A stretch of DNA of 64,000 bases, from NCBI GenBank assembly GCA_964106915.2, contig OZ066923.1; one strand, given 5' to 3'. The notes under the pieces were generated by a model. It saw only the letters and a program-made list of their open reading frames with translations, made no database searches and had not been told where the DNA came from. Positions 40,466 through 53,761 of the stretch are shown one piece after another; position 1 is the stretch's first letter; the number at the start of each line of letters is the position of its first letter. This stretch comes from Podarcis gaigeae (taxonomy: Eukaryota). A program made the translations under genes and the position numbers.

Positions 40466-41908
40466 ACTTCTTTTTGAGCCTGTAGGACAACCCCACCAAG
40501 GAGGTGGGGTTGAATGATGTGGTGGGTGGTGGAACTGCTGGAGCAATGGCAGAGAGCCCAGGCTGGCAATTCTTGTTTGCAGTGTGACATGTTGGCATTT
40601 ATGTTGTCTTTTCTAAGATTTACCTTTTGGTTTGTAGCTGTGCTTTTTTTTTTTTCAAAATGGCAAGCAGGAAGTGGAAAAGGGTTGCTGGGTAGATTTT
40701 CTCCTATGTCTCGTGAGCTCATAATTGTACCTGAATAGACAAAGGAAGAGCTCTCAAGTTTTTTTGGGGGGTGTCTTTATCCAGAAAGGCAGACTTTTAT
40801 TTGTCTCGCTGCTGCCCTAAATGCATTAACAGAAGTCTTATGTATTGTCCTGCTCTGTTTAACAAATTATCCCATTGCTGGTCCAGGCAGTCCACCCAGG
40901 GGAGTTTGCATTAACCTCTCTTGTTCTTCTCAGCCAGAGTAGGTATTAAGAGATGCAGTGATATTTTGTAGGGGGGGACGGACAATTGTACATTGCCTGA
41001 AGACAGTGTCTCCCAGAGCCCCACACAAATTGTGCCATCTTCAGAGACACTTGTAGGTATGTGCTTTTTGTCTCATCTTGTCCCCCTCCCCCTCCCCAGC
41101 CACCTTGCCCTGTGTAAGGGAGGGACCACATGACTTGCACTCCTCTCCCTAAGACCACTGATGTCGCTGTTGTTCTCTGTTGAGATCAGTGGTTTGGCTA
41201 CCACAGCTAGGCAAACTGGCAACCGGATTACTGGTTTGGTGACAGATGCTGCTTCTCCCCCACCCCCCAACACCACCCCTGCACCCATAATTGCAAGTTG
41301 GATGTCTAGTATCTCAAGGGTGTTGTGTAGAGAGCAAGTAGAATGCATCACTGAAGAAGCAGTTTCTGAAAACTATCAAAATCCATGAAGTCCCTCTCTT
41401 GAGTGGTATTCACAACTTAATTTGTTAGATCTTTCTCATATGGCACAAATAAATTACTTTTCTTACTTGGTCCCCTGATTGAACCAGGAGACAAGAATTC
41501 AGGGGTTGGGGATTTGCGGTTAACTGGGCACTGGACATCATCATTAAGGTGAACTTGCGATCATAAGCTGTCTTGGAAATGTCAGATCCTGTGCTGCTTC
41601 TATCTCTCCAAGGCATGATGTGAGTTACTTTGTGGCAGAAGCGCTGAATATTAAATTCTTTGGTATTATGCAGCAGTTTAGGTACTTAATCCTTCAGTTA
41701 AATGATGAATACACAATATTGTGAAAACTGCTGGTCTGTTCTCCATGCCATTGATACAGGTTTACTTCAAAAGCAGATCATTCTGAATGCTATGTTGCAA
41801 GGAGTCTTTATTCATTTAAATTCCTGTTGAAATAGTCCCCTCTTTGGCAGATTCTTTCCCGTGGCTTTTTATAAGAACATAAATCAGGAGAGGGGGAGCC
41901 GGGAAAGA

Positions 41909-41910
<2 letters not shown>

Positions 41911-41942
<32 letters not shown>
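41911..41942. repeat. (AT)n microsatellite in the putative CSDC2 3'UTR
   Basis: About 16 AT units. Confidence 0.95.
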
Positions 41943-41945
<3 letters not shown>

Positions 41946-44900
41946 CACTAGAACAGGTTTTCTCAGGGTAAGGTGATCATTTGCTTGGAAGAGAGGTACA
42001 CAATAGGGTGCCCTTCAGTTGTTGTGGACTGCCACTCTCATTAGCTTCGGCCAGCATGGCCAGTGACCAGGGCTGATGTGAGTTGTGGTTCAGAACACCT
42101 GGAGGCACTGTGCTGGTTATCCCTGCCTTAGGCATAGCCAGTTAACGGAAGGCTAGTCATCCTTTTCAGTGTTGCAAAACATATTCCTACAAAGTCTAAG
42201 ATTTGAATCTTCCTGCATTGGATTACACAAGCCAATTGAAAATCTGCAAATAACACTTGACCTGTCACTATAACTTCTTCCATTCTAATTGACTCTGTAC
42301 TCTCCTGCACATAGCAGTGGATTGTTCCAGAAGGCCCCAGTTGTGGCAGTATCTCGTTCCCAGCTTGCTTCACTTTCCAGATTTCTTGATAGCAGTGATG
42401 CGGTGGTAAGGAGTGTGTGGTACAGACATACAAGCCCTGCTCAGACATCATCATGGTCTTCCTGCCTTAACTACTGAGATTCTCTCTCTGCCCCCGTCCC
42501 CCATCCTGTTACTCCTAAAGTAAATGCAGCTGCACTCTCGGATGGCAGTGCAGTGTCTTAATTTGCAACATAATGTAATGCCAGAAGAATCAATAAATGT
42601 ATCATTTCCCCATTGGTTTCAAACAGAAGGTAATAAGTTGGGAGAGGCTGACTTTGAAGTCTTCGCTAATAGACTATTACCCTGCTGACATTACATTTCC
42701 CACATATATTAAAATGTAAGTCCCCTCCCCAAGGACATTTGTCTTGCTTAAAAATAATGCAATTAAAAAAATACTGCAGATGAAGGCATTTTTGCTAGAA
42801 GAATAATCTATTTTAACATTTGAAACGGAATAGAGCCTATGCGATGCATCTGTTTTATGGTCTTGGGCAATGTATGGTGGTTCCTGGCTGTGGATATTTG
42901 CTTTGAGAATAGCATTTTGATTTTCTGCATCTCCAGAGATGTAGGCTTTAGTATCGTCTGCATGTGTTTACGTTTCTGAATGTTGCAGACCATGTTTCCT
43001 CAAGATGGATGTTTGGACGTTCTCCTACTCTTCCTACTATTATCCTAATCTGTACATTTTGGTGGCCCTCTGTGTCCCTAGTTTTGTAATTAATGAGGGT
43101 CATGTGCACAAGAGATGGAGGAATCGTGTATCAATGACAAGATTCATGGGCCAGTAATTGATAATGGGCTCTAGTGGCATTGTATCTAGTTATGTTTTGG
43201 TTCTTGTCCAGCCTTCCCCAACTTTTACTTCTCTCCCCAGGATATACAGGGTCATGTCTAAAGCACAAACCTGATTTCTAATAGATGTTCTGAGTAGAAA
43301 AAAATTCCCAGGATAGGGTGTGCATGTTAGGAATTTGCATGGTGTCAATCAGTTGCTAACCTCATTTTGAACAGTAGACTGACAAGTCTAAAGCTTCTTG
43401 GGCAATATCATATCGGATGTTGCTTGACCTTTCAGAGGGGCTGAACATGCATCGTAAAACTTTTGTATGATGCACTAGAAGTGTACACCACTGTTGTAGG
43501 AGCTAAGAGGGGTGATTAAGTGGCAAGTATGCACGTGAGTGGCTTAATTTGAGAGTTGGAATGAGCTTGGTAGATAGAGCCCAAAGTATGCTGGAATCAT
43601 GAGAATGAGACTGGTGTCTTCAGAGTCGTTCTTTTTGTACTTGCAGTGCATCTTCAGAGGCTTTCATGTGGTGGTGTGTGGCTGTTTACTGCACACCTGT
43701 CCTCTGTGGTTCACATCTCTGGGACTTCAGTGATCGTTGGTCCTCTATAGCAGCGTTCCCCAACCTTGTGGTCCAAAAACAGCCGGAGACCCACAGTTGG
43801 GAAACAGTTGCTCTACAGTATAGAGCAGACCTGAGGAACCTTTGGTCCTCCAGATTTTGCAGAACTGCAACTCCCTTCAGCCCTAGCAAGCATGGTGAAG
43901 GACGGGGGGAGCTGTAGTTCAGCAACATCTGGAGGGCCAAAGGTTTCCCACAGAATTTGCATAGTTGGGGGCTGGAGCACAACTGTGCAGCCAGCATAGA
44001 CTGCATACTCTGCAATAAACAAGTGTATAATGGCAGCCTGGTGTTCTCTAGCATTATAACATCATGCTTTTTTCTTTCTTTCCAGGAGCACTTCTCATGT
44101 TTTCAGTTTAGCACTACAGTATCAAACCATGATCACAGGAAAGTCTGTGCAAAGATGCCCAGAGGGGGATTATTTCCCTCCATGTGTGCTGACAATGCTG
44201 GAAGATTAAATGTAGTCCTGTTAGAACATTGGCGTTATATCCACACCATACACTTAAAAGCACATGGCTTCCCTCAAAGAATCCTGAGAAGTGTAGTTTG
44301 TTAAGGGTACTTGGCATTGTAGTTCTGTGAAGGAGAGACTGCATTTCCCAGAATTCATTGGGGGAAAGTGTATGGTGTAGATGTGACCTGAGAAGCTTCC
44401 AGTTAAGTATGTGGGCTTTGGTTTCTAAATGAAATGAGGATTGGCCCTCCAGAAGGAGCACATGGTCAGATGGATATGTCCAGAATGGTTTTGGGTTCAT
44501 CTACAGGTTAAACGAAATCATGAGTCTTTCTGGAACAGACTGAGCATTGCAGGTATATTTTTGAATATACACCCTACATCTAGAAAAGAGCGCATTGTTG
44601 AGAGGTTCTGACCTAACCCGCCCCTGATGTGCTATTTTCCACATACAGGGAACCAAAACGATGACACCACCTCCTTGTACCTACTTTGTTGAAGGAACAA
44701 CCTGGAAACTCTGACAATGTGAATTTTCTAAATCTGTAGCATACTATTGCAAACACAACCATTTGGTGTTGAAATAGCACTACTCAAAATGGCTGCCCAA
44801 CTACATTCTAGGGAGGGTGTTGGTTTTCTCTTGCTTCTGAGAAACTCAGATGCATGTGCCCTTGACATAGGCATAGACATTGGTGAAGGAACATGTTTTA

Positions 44901-45244
44901 GTCTTTCCGTTCCAAGGTGAGCAAACAGTCCAATGGAGGAACGAAGCAGGAAAAGGAAGCAATTTCCCATGGGGCATCCAGACCCCTGTGTGCGACCTGC
45001 TTCCTGTGACAGCCAGAGGGACTTCCTGCTGCTGTTCTGCTTACATTAAACACCAGCAGCTCCTCGCCTCTGCCCCTCCCCTTGAAGGTGCAATAGCAGT
45101 GGAAGTGCCACAAAATGGCATCTTCTCTCTGGGAAAGCTTTTGATTCTGAAATAATCTTTGTTACCTATGGTGTGTCTGTGTTTTTACAACTTTTGGTGT
45201 GGTCCTTGCCTGTCTGACCCCGTGTTGACCTTTGTAACACCGGC

Positions 45245-45258
45245 AATAAACCATTAAA
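45245..45258 (+). terminator. Probable distal CSDC2 poly(A) signal (AATAAA + ATTAAA)
   Basis: Tandem hexamers preceded by UG/UGUA-rich sequence and followed by a GT/T-rich tract (~45282-45300). Confidence 0.55.
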
Positions 45259-46022
45259 GTGACTTTCCCACAAGTCTCTCCTGTTTTTGCGTTTTTCCTT
45301 TATAGGGTACAGGAGATACAGGAGATAATACCAGAATGGTACAGGAGATAATACCAGAATGACGTCACAAAATCTGGATCTATGGAATTGGGTGGCTAGT
45401 CTTCAGGTGTCTGACTGTTCTGTTCAAGACAGGTGGAAAGACTGACCACCATGGGCCGTATACTCTGCCCAAATGGCACCTTAGGAAAGATGTAAGGACT
45501 CACCTGGCATCTCAAGTCCTTCAGGCACTGATGTCTAAGCATGTAGGAGGTGTGGGGCTGTTCCATGGCTGACCACCTCCTGTTTGGTGGGAGATCTAAT
45601 TGGGATTGTAAATACACACTCCACTAAAGGCACTCACAAGCCTCCTTGTGATTAGGAGCCCCATTTGTGTAGGGTTCCCACAATCCCTTTGCAGACCTCC
45701 CTGCTCAAACAGAAACTCTAGTGTTGGAGGGGATGAGGGCAGCATGTGTGCACCTGCCCCTCCTGCAGTTAGGCCACATTCACACCATACATGTAAAGCA
45801 CAATATCACTTGAAACATTCACCGCTTCCCCCAAAGAGTTCTGGAAGCTGTAGTGCCACAATCCCTCTCCAAAAGAACTCTGGGAATTGTATGGGGAAGA
45901 TGGGCCTCCCAACACACTCAGCACCCTTGGCAAAGTGCAGCTCCCATAATTCTTTGGGGGAAGCTGTGACTCTTTAAAGTAGTAGCTGCCTTTTAAATGT
46001 ATGGTGTCAATATGGTCTAAGG

Positions 46023-46159
46023 CAGGCTTCCTCAAACTCTGCCCTCCAGATGTTTTTGGCCTACAACTCCCATGACCCCTAGCTAGCAGGACCCAGTGGT
46101 CAGGGATAATGGGAATTGTAGTCTCAAAACATCTGGAGGGCCGAGGCTGAGGAAGCCTG
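46023..46159. mobile_element. hAT-type MITE with 8-bp TSD GTCTAAGG
   Basis: TSD at 46015-46022 and 46160-46167; TIR CAGGCTTCCTCA / TGAGGAAGCCTG. Confidence 0.9.
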
Positions 46160-48319
46160 GTCTAAGGCATCTATAATGCTTTATGGGGACAACAGCCATA
46201 CACGTAGTAATCTAGAACGGGACGGGCTGTTGTGAATGACAGCAGCTTTTCAAAGTTTCAGGCAAATGTGTTTCTCTCCCTCTCATCACAAGCTTTTATG
46301 TGGAAGTGTTAGGGCAGCTTCCCCCAAGCTGGTGACCTCTAGATGTTTTAGACTACAATACCATTATCCTTGGCAATTGGCCATAGCAATTGGGGCTGAC
46401 TGAAGTCCAACATAATCCAGGCTGGAGAAGGCTCTGTGAGGGAAATCTGACCTTCACAGATACTGTAGGTGGTCGGTCAAAATAAGCTACCAAGTTGTTA
46501 CTGTTTGTGCTTTTTGTCTGTTTGAATTTGAGCACATGCAAATTACCCAGAAATAACAAAAACAAATAGTATTGATTTCCAGTGCCTTCATTATTATTAT
46601 TATTATTTAGTTCCACATTAAGTTACAATATTGAACTACAAAGCATAGAAGCCTGGGTGTAGGAGCTCAGCTGCCTGTTTGTGATGCATTAAAAAGCATA
46701 TATATATTTCTAGTATATATATATATAAAACAGCTGCCTGTGAACAAAAACCCACAAATGGTCAGTCATAGACATCTGGTTTTCACATAAAATTTAAATA
46801 AGGATACATTTCTCATTAACTGAACATTGCTTTTTTTTTTTGTCCATTCTAAAAAAAACCAGTCGCTTTGTGACGGAATCAGTTCCTTCCCGTGAAAGTC
46901 ATTCAAATATCTCCTGCTGAAAAGAGGCAGTGGCTCAAAGGGGAAAGGAGGAGTAATCTCTTCAAAACAGAAACACAGCAGCACAGGAGTTAAACCAGGT
47001 ACAAGTGAAGATGCAGACAGGAAGACACAGTACTAGGTGAAAACATCATTGATGCAACTTTTCAAACCCGACTTCTCCAGCCTGGTGTCCTCTGTTTTAG
47101 ACTGCAGTGCCAATCAGCTACATTTGACTTCAGCAGCTGCAAGGCTGTCAGTCCTGGAGGGCACCAGTTTGGGAACGGCAGTGACAATCATCTAAGATAA
47201 ATCCCCTCCTTGCTACCCTTTATTTTCAAATATCCAATCATGCAGGTAGCAAGCTGTGGTCCTACACTAGCGTGTTGTATATAAACAAACCTTGCATTCC
47301 TGTTCATATGAAAGTAGCTGGACGCATTCATTGCAGATGACGATGATATGAGCTATGTAATATGAACATTCACTTTGGAGAGGTCCGTGTTCCACTGAGT
47401 AGGGGAGGGAATAGGGCAGCCGATTTTCTGCTCATAAGAGGCTGCCCTACCCTGACTACTACAGCTGTCACTTTTTTTCCTTGAGTTTCAGTTGAACTGT
47501 ACAAGTTCTGATCATCTGTGCCATACAAAGCCTATGAGTGAGACCTATGGAGTGTAGACGGCTATCTTCTACTGGGGAGTACATAATAAAAGGGTTGTGC
47601 CCTTTTTCTATTAATGTTTTTTATGCTTTCCTTCTTTCAGGAATCTTGGAGGGACAGCCTTGTAGGACAGCAGGTATCCTGAATTTATTTACCTGTTGTT
47701 TAAAGGGCACATACACTCTACCTGTGTCCTCCTTACGCCCTGCTCAAATGTGCTATGGACTGGGTGTCCTGCATGGATGAAAGAACCTCTTCCCCTTGAG
47801 ATACTGCTGGACTCCCAGTGTCCAAAGCTGAAGTGGTCACTGGTGATGGTAATTATAGTCAAGTCACAGCTTCTGTACCCTTGATCTATTGGCACTGACA
47901 AAAACAATGCTCATCTTCATCAGCATAAACCTGTAAATATGCAAATTATCAACCCATAACTGGCTCCGAGTGAAATACATTGTTGGCTTATTGGAAAATA
48001 TTGAGATATTTTTTGACTGGGGTGAAAGAATGATGAGGACAAGTGTAGAAGGGAATAGGATACAAAGGGCAGACAAGACAATGACCAGAGGGGGAACTTA
48101 ACAGATACAAAGGGAAGTTGAGTCATAGCATCCAGTTCTGTGTTCTTTTACTGCTTGGAAGGCTTTGCTTCCAAATTCACAACACTGTGCATGAAACCAC
48201 GAGAGCTAAGAACTGGGGTTGTTTTTGTTTGTTTGTTTGTTTGTTTGTTTGTTTAATGAAAAGTAAGCAGCATGAAGCAACTCGATCTTAGTGTGGCACA
48301 GTATGTGGAATGCATATAT

Positions 48320-48767
48320 TAGGGCTGGGCGATAATCTGGTTTTCAACATTGTGATATAGCCACAGCTAAACATCGTGATATACCAATATATCACAATGT
48401 CTGAAATAAGGATGGAGCTATGTAGAGGCGTTGATTGGCTTCACAGTTTTTCCTGCATTGTGATTTTTGCCAGAGACTGCTCTTGTGATTTGCTGCTCCC
48501 TGCAGGAGGCAGGAAAGAGCTGAGCTGACAAGAGTTAACATCATGATTTTTGCATAGCAACATACATACATACACACATTATGATTTATGATATTTTGCC
48601 AGGTCAAAAATTATGAACCCGATACCATGAAATGGACTTCAAACCAGTTTTGGATGATATATCGTCCAGTCCGAACACACACCGTGATTCGTGATTTATG
48701 AAACTGATATCACCATATGGCCTTCAAACGGGTTTTGGACAATATATTGATATATTGCCCAGCCCTA
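48320..48767. mobile_element. hAT-type non-autonomous element with 8-bp TSD GCATATAT
   Basis: TIR TAGGGCTGGGC / GCCCAGCCCTA; TSD at 48312-48319 and 48768-48775; a fragment of the same family lies at ~4310-4409. Confidence 0.9.
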
Positions 48768-48884
48768 GCATATATAATTGTACTCTGACAGTATCTCATG
48801 GGAAGTCACCAACCAGAGGAAGAAGCTTTTGCAATTAATCATCACTCTTATCAATATTTTTATCTAAAGGCAGAAACAGGCAAA

Positions 48885-48940
48885 TCTTTAGTCTCTTTGT
48901 TTTTGCTGCAGTAGACTAACACCATTACCCCTCTGGAAAC
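48885..48940 (+). mobile_element. Penelope-like element terminal relic
   Basis: tttttgctgcagtagactaacaccattacccctctggaa resembles a common squamate PLE end motif (recalled, not searched). Confidence 0.45.
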
Positions 48941-50596
48941 TAAAGAAAATATTTCTGTGTTAAATATAAAAATCTAGGGTTTGGAGACTACAGTAACGAA
49001 GGCTGCTGCTCTGCCTACACTGAAGGTAATTTAAAATAGAATATATGCTTACGGAAACAATAAACAGTAGCAATGTTTGCTACAGTTTGGCTAGTCTCAG
49101 TAGTTTATAGCTAATTTCACATTCAAACATTTAGTAAATCTGAACTTTAGATTCTTAATCAAACAAGTCTAGAAGGAAATCTACATCGCAATCTGATGAC
49201 TAATCAGGAATGATATTAAAGCTACAGCTGTAAACATTTCCTCATTCATAAACCTGGTTTAATTCATCTGGATTTATGAATGTGTGAATGCATTAGAACT
49301 TGGTCCTTCTGTTGCCCTATGCTCAAACCATCATTCTCCCTATTTTCAGTGCGAGTGCCATTGTTTATGTAGACAAAACACCACATATACAGAAGAGGGA
49401 GATAGCTGCAGGTTTGGGAAGTGCTCAAGAAGAACAGAGGATATTTAAGAAAACAACCACCACCCAAAATAACTGCTGAAGCCTGAAGGTGCTCAGGGGC
49501 CACAGAATGCTTTTTGAGGATGGAATGGAATATCCGGGGGAAGGGCACTGAACAGGAACTCTCCACACTGCAACATTTTGTTGAAGGCCCCACTTGTCTT
49601 TTATACTCTCTACTTTGGGGGCCAAATGAACATGTTGCCTTTGTTACAAAGTCCTTTACAACAGCACAATCCCTAACATTGCTCAAAGGTCATCCAACTA
49701 ACATAGCTGAAATCTGTTTAAAGATGCACAATTCAGCACTGTCGTTCAGCCTGATCGAGCGCTGGAGATCTGCATGCAGCAGAAAGTTTCTGTACAGGTA
49801 TCACTTGCCAGATCAGGAAGCACAGGCATAAATGAGATGTGCATCTCAGTGTGGATGCCAGCATCCATACTGCATTGCTTTCAATGGGTGTGAAGTGCAT
49901 ATCCAAGCCACATTCTGGCACAATAGCCATGTGTCAATGTCTACAAAACAAAACAAAACATTACTACTGCTAGGAGGGGCCATTATTTATCGTTCAGGTT
50001 ACGCTCTCGTTTCGCACTTTAAAAAGGCTCTCAAAAAATAATTTGCCAACCATGTTGATAGTTCAAGAATATGAAAATACTTGACAGGTCTTGTACTCGT
50101 AACACTACAGGCCCTGCTCCCTTTTAAATATAACTTTAGTGTGTTTCTGAGATTCATCTCAAAAATATTGCCTTGGCATTTCTTCTAGAAATGGAAGGTG
50201 GTATATAAATTATTTCAATCATTATAGCCATCATCTCAAAAATAGGTTCATTTGGGTGAATCTGTGGGGAAGGGTGATTATTAGCTTCCAAATAAGAAAG
50301 GAGAAAAGCCTTAACTAGAATACAGGTTTCACTTTAAACATAAACAACAACACTTTACCTCGTTTGGTGGGAATGAGGGTATGGCAATTGGGGTTCTGCA
50401 GCTCCCCAGTAGCAAGATGATGGTGCAACTGATGAACAGCTTTCACCATCCCCCTCCCTTTCTGACACTCCAGCTCCCATTTCCAAAGTGCATTTTGACC
50501 TTGGGCCTCAGCAAGTCCTGAAAGGATCCAAAAGGTGCTTTCCTAAGGTGAGTGAGGGTCTCATCCGAGTGATCGAGAGCAGCAGGACACCACGAG

Positions 50597-50719
50597 TCAA
50601 GATTCATTCACTGTCTCTGGAAAGAAGATCTCCTGGCACCTCCGGACTGTGTCTTGGGGAGACTGGATGCTGTGCCCCACCGTGCGAGGGTCGTCATAGA
50701 TTTCATAATCATTCCCACC
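50597..50719 (-). CDS. PMM1: Phosphomannomutase 1, exon 8 (last, TGA at 50597-50599)
   Basis: tag|GGT GGG AAT GAT...; [40 protein letters not shown]; 123 nt. Confidence 0.97.
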   Translation of the reverse strand, partial: GGNDYEIYDDPRTVGHSIQSPQDTVRRCQEIFFPETVNES

Positions 50720-51044
50720 CTAAGGATAAGAAGAATCTTTACTACTGGCTGCTTAGAATTAGGATGCTGGACGTGGTGGTTAAATTGAGCAGGCAAGTAT
50801 AGAATACCGTAAGCCCACAACCTGGGCGCATTTAACATGTGCGCAATGTGCTTGGCATAAAAAAAAAATAAATGAATAAAAAGGGGGCAGAAAGGGAGTA
50901 TGTGTCCAGGAAAAAAGACTTTGGCAATCCCACCTGCCATTGAACCCAATGTGTTTCGACTATACACAATTCTGGCTTTAGGTGTATGCCCTCTGTAAGT
51001 TGCAGCCTTACTATACTTGAAAAACACAGACTTGTTTCTGAGCA

Positions 51045-51400
51045 CAATTCAAAGTGCTGGTGCTGACCTTTAAAGCCCTAAATGGCCCCGGCCCAGTATA
51101 CCTGAAGGAGCGTCTCCACCCCCACCGTTCAACTCAGACTCTGAGGTCCAGCGCCAAGGGCCTTCTGGCAGTTCCCTCACTGCAAGAAGCGAGGTTACAG
51201 GGAACCAGGCAGAGAGCCTTCCCAGTAGTGGTGGCCACCCTGTGGAACGCCGCCCCATCAGATGTCAAGGAAATAAACTACTATCTTACTTTTAGAAGAC
51301 ATCTGAAGGCAGCCCTGTTTAGGGAAGTTTTTAATGTTTGATGTTTTATCGTGCTTTTAATATTCTGTTGGGAGCCACTCAGAGTGGCTGGGGAAACCCC
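51045..51400 (+). mobile_element. L2-like LINE 3' fragment (relatively young)
   Basis: Open frame QFKVLVLTFKALNGPGPVYLKERL...RAFPVVVATLWNA...FRRHLKAALFREVF. Confidence 0.8.
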
Positions 51401-52390
51401 CATTCAGGCAGAATATGAGGCCCCTTGCCAGACCTCAGATTTATTTATTTACTTCAAGGCATATATGCCACACCTTCACCCCAAAATGGATAGCTTTATA
51501 CCAGTTGCTGGGAATCACAAGTGAGCAGAATGCTGTTGCACTCGGGTCCCACTTCCATTAGACATCTGATTGGCCACGGTGAAAATGCAATGATGGACTA
51601 CATATTTTTGCACGACAGTCCTCATCGCCTGTGACCAGTGACCATCGGCCAACTGGGGCCAATGAGAGCTGGAATTCAGCAACATCTGGAGAGTGTCAGG
51701 ATCATCACTCCTTGCTGTAAAGTGTATGTGCCAACAGGCTCAAGCCATCTGAAACCGGCAAGGAATTGAAAATAATGCAGAGGTGGGCAGCGAGACACAA
51801 AAATCACGGCTTCTGGAAAGCACTGTATTTATTGAGGCTGGAAAGAATTTCTTCCCCCCTCTCCTGCTCCCTTCTAATCCTGAACTTGGGTTGTGTGGTG
51901 CCTATCGGATCAGAAGGTGGTTTCTGCATACCCAAGGGACTGTGTACCCTAGTTATGCAGAATTTGTAAATCAAAGTATTTCTTGTGGGACCTGACTTCA
52001 TGTAAAACCTAATCTGAAGTGATGCTGCTGCTCATGGTATTGATTTTCCCCTGTCATGCATCAGTAGGTATGACCTCACATGCTGACAGGGAGGGAGGAG
52101 AGCCAATGAACCACGCTATTGCAGGCATGTTTTATATAAGTGTATCCATGTGTAGGTTTTTGTCTTTTTAAAAAAAAGAGGGTTGGGTGTGCTTAACTGG
52201 TGAATCTAATCTCTGCAAAGCACCCACACCAGATAATCAGAATGTGTCCACAATGCACCTGAAAGCAATTACCGTATGCAAGGGCTGAAGTGTGGGCTGC
52301 GTTGTCTGCGCTGTAAGATTCACGATGAGCATGTGAGACAAAAGTTGCCCACTTCCTTTTCTCCTTCCTCGCAAAGCTTCTGTGCAGACA

Positions 52391-52636
52391 GGTAAAGGTA
52401 AAGATAAGGGACCCCTGGACAGTTAAGTCCAGTCAAAGGCAACTATGGGGTGCGGCGCTCATCTTGTTTTCAGGCTGAGGGAGCTGGTGTTTGTCCACTG
52501 ACAGCTTTCCAGGTCATGTGGCCAACATGACTAAACCTCTTCTGGCACAACGGAACACCGTAAGGAAAACCAGAGTGCGCACGGAAACACCGTTTACTTT
52601 CCCGCCACAGCGGTACCCATTTATCTACTTGCACTG
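52391..52636 (-). mobile_element. Sauria SINE, 3' half
   Basis: (GGTAAA)n = reverse complement of the (TTTACC)n tail; body aligns to 52759-52990. Confidence 0.85.
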
Positions 52637-52757
52637 TTCCAACATTGTGACACCAGATGGCGCAGTTGAGCTGAAATAATTCCCTCTGAAATTTTCCATT
52701 GTGAGCTTTAAAATGGTTTTTTTCAGAGCATTTTCAGAGTGTTTTTTTAAAGCTGTG

Positions 52758-53080
52758 TAAGGTAAAGGTAAAAGACCCCTGGACGGTTATGGGATGACTA
52801 TGGGGTGCAGCACTCATTTTGCTTTCAGGCCAAAGGAGCTGGGTGTTTGTCCACAGACAGCTTTCCAGGTCTTGTGGCCAGCATGACTAAACCGCTTCTG
52901 GTGCAATGGAACACTGTGACGGAAACCAGAGGGCACGGAAATGCCGTTTACCTTCCCGCCACAGCGGTACCTATTTATCTACATGCACTGGTGTGCTTTC
53001 GAAATGCTAGGTTGGCAGGAGCCGGGACAGAGCAACGGGAGCTCACCCTGTCACAGGGATTCGAACCACCAACCTTCTGC
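52758..53080 (-). mobile_element. Sauria SINE, near full length (5' truncated just before the B box)
   Basis: Tail (GGTAAA)n; minus-strand B box GGTTCGAATCCC at ~53056-53067. Confidence 0.85.
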
Positions 53081-53645
53081 ACCGTCTGTACTGTAAGATT
53101 CATTGTGTTCATGTGACACAAAAGTTGCCCACTTCTTTTTCTCCTTCCTCACAAAGCTTCTGTGCAGACAAATCCCTTTAGAGACGTTGAAATGAAATGG
53201 CACCTGAACAGATGTCTTTGCATTTTCCAGTCACCAGAAGAGGGCACTGTTAGTTTATACATGCTTTCATGCAGTCCAGGTACCAACTTGTAAGGCTGGA
53301 AAATGCGAACCAGAGCGACTTCAAACCTTACAGCAAATGCTCCCATCACACATCAGTTGTGTCTTTTCTGAAACATCCAAAGGGCATTTGAACATCTGAA
53401 AACAGGCTTTCAGCCATGGTCCCCAGTTTTATTTACCAAATGTTTTGAAATACACAAATGCCCTTTAAACATTGTGGAAAAGACACAGTTGAGCCACAGT
53501 GGAAATGGGAGTCTCCTGGTTATTTTAATGCAATGTAGCTCTGCGGAGAGCCTGCCAGTTTACATATGGACAGCTTTATCTTCCTCGATCCCACACAGGA
53601 CTTGGCCCCTTGTCAAAGAACAGGGCTTTGGTCAGATTTACTTAC

Positions 53646-53761
53646 TGGACTTGTCTCATTCCCAAAGAAATGGATGGTGTCGAATCTCTCATCCTCAAGG
53701 ATATCGAGGCAATAGCGCTTGTCCCAGCCCTCAGGGAAGACGTCAAAGCTGATCATCCCAC
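53646..53761 (-). CDS. PMM1: PMM1 exon 7
   Basis: cag|GT GGG ATG...CCA|gtaag; [38 protein letters not shown]; 116 nt. Confidence 0.98.

Noticed and set aside
53040-53080. tRNA-like B box GGTTCGAATCCC
   Set aside because: Part of a Sauria SINE head; no cloverleaf, so not a tRNA gene.
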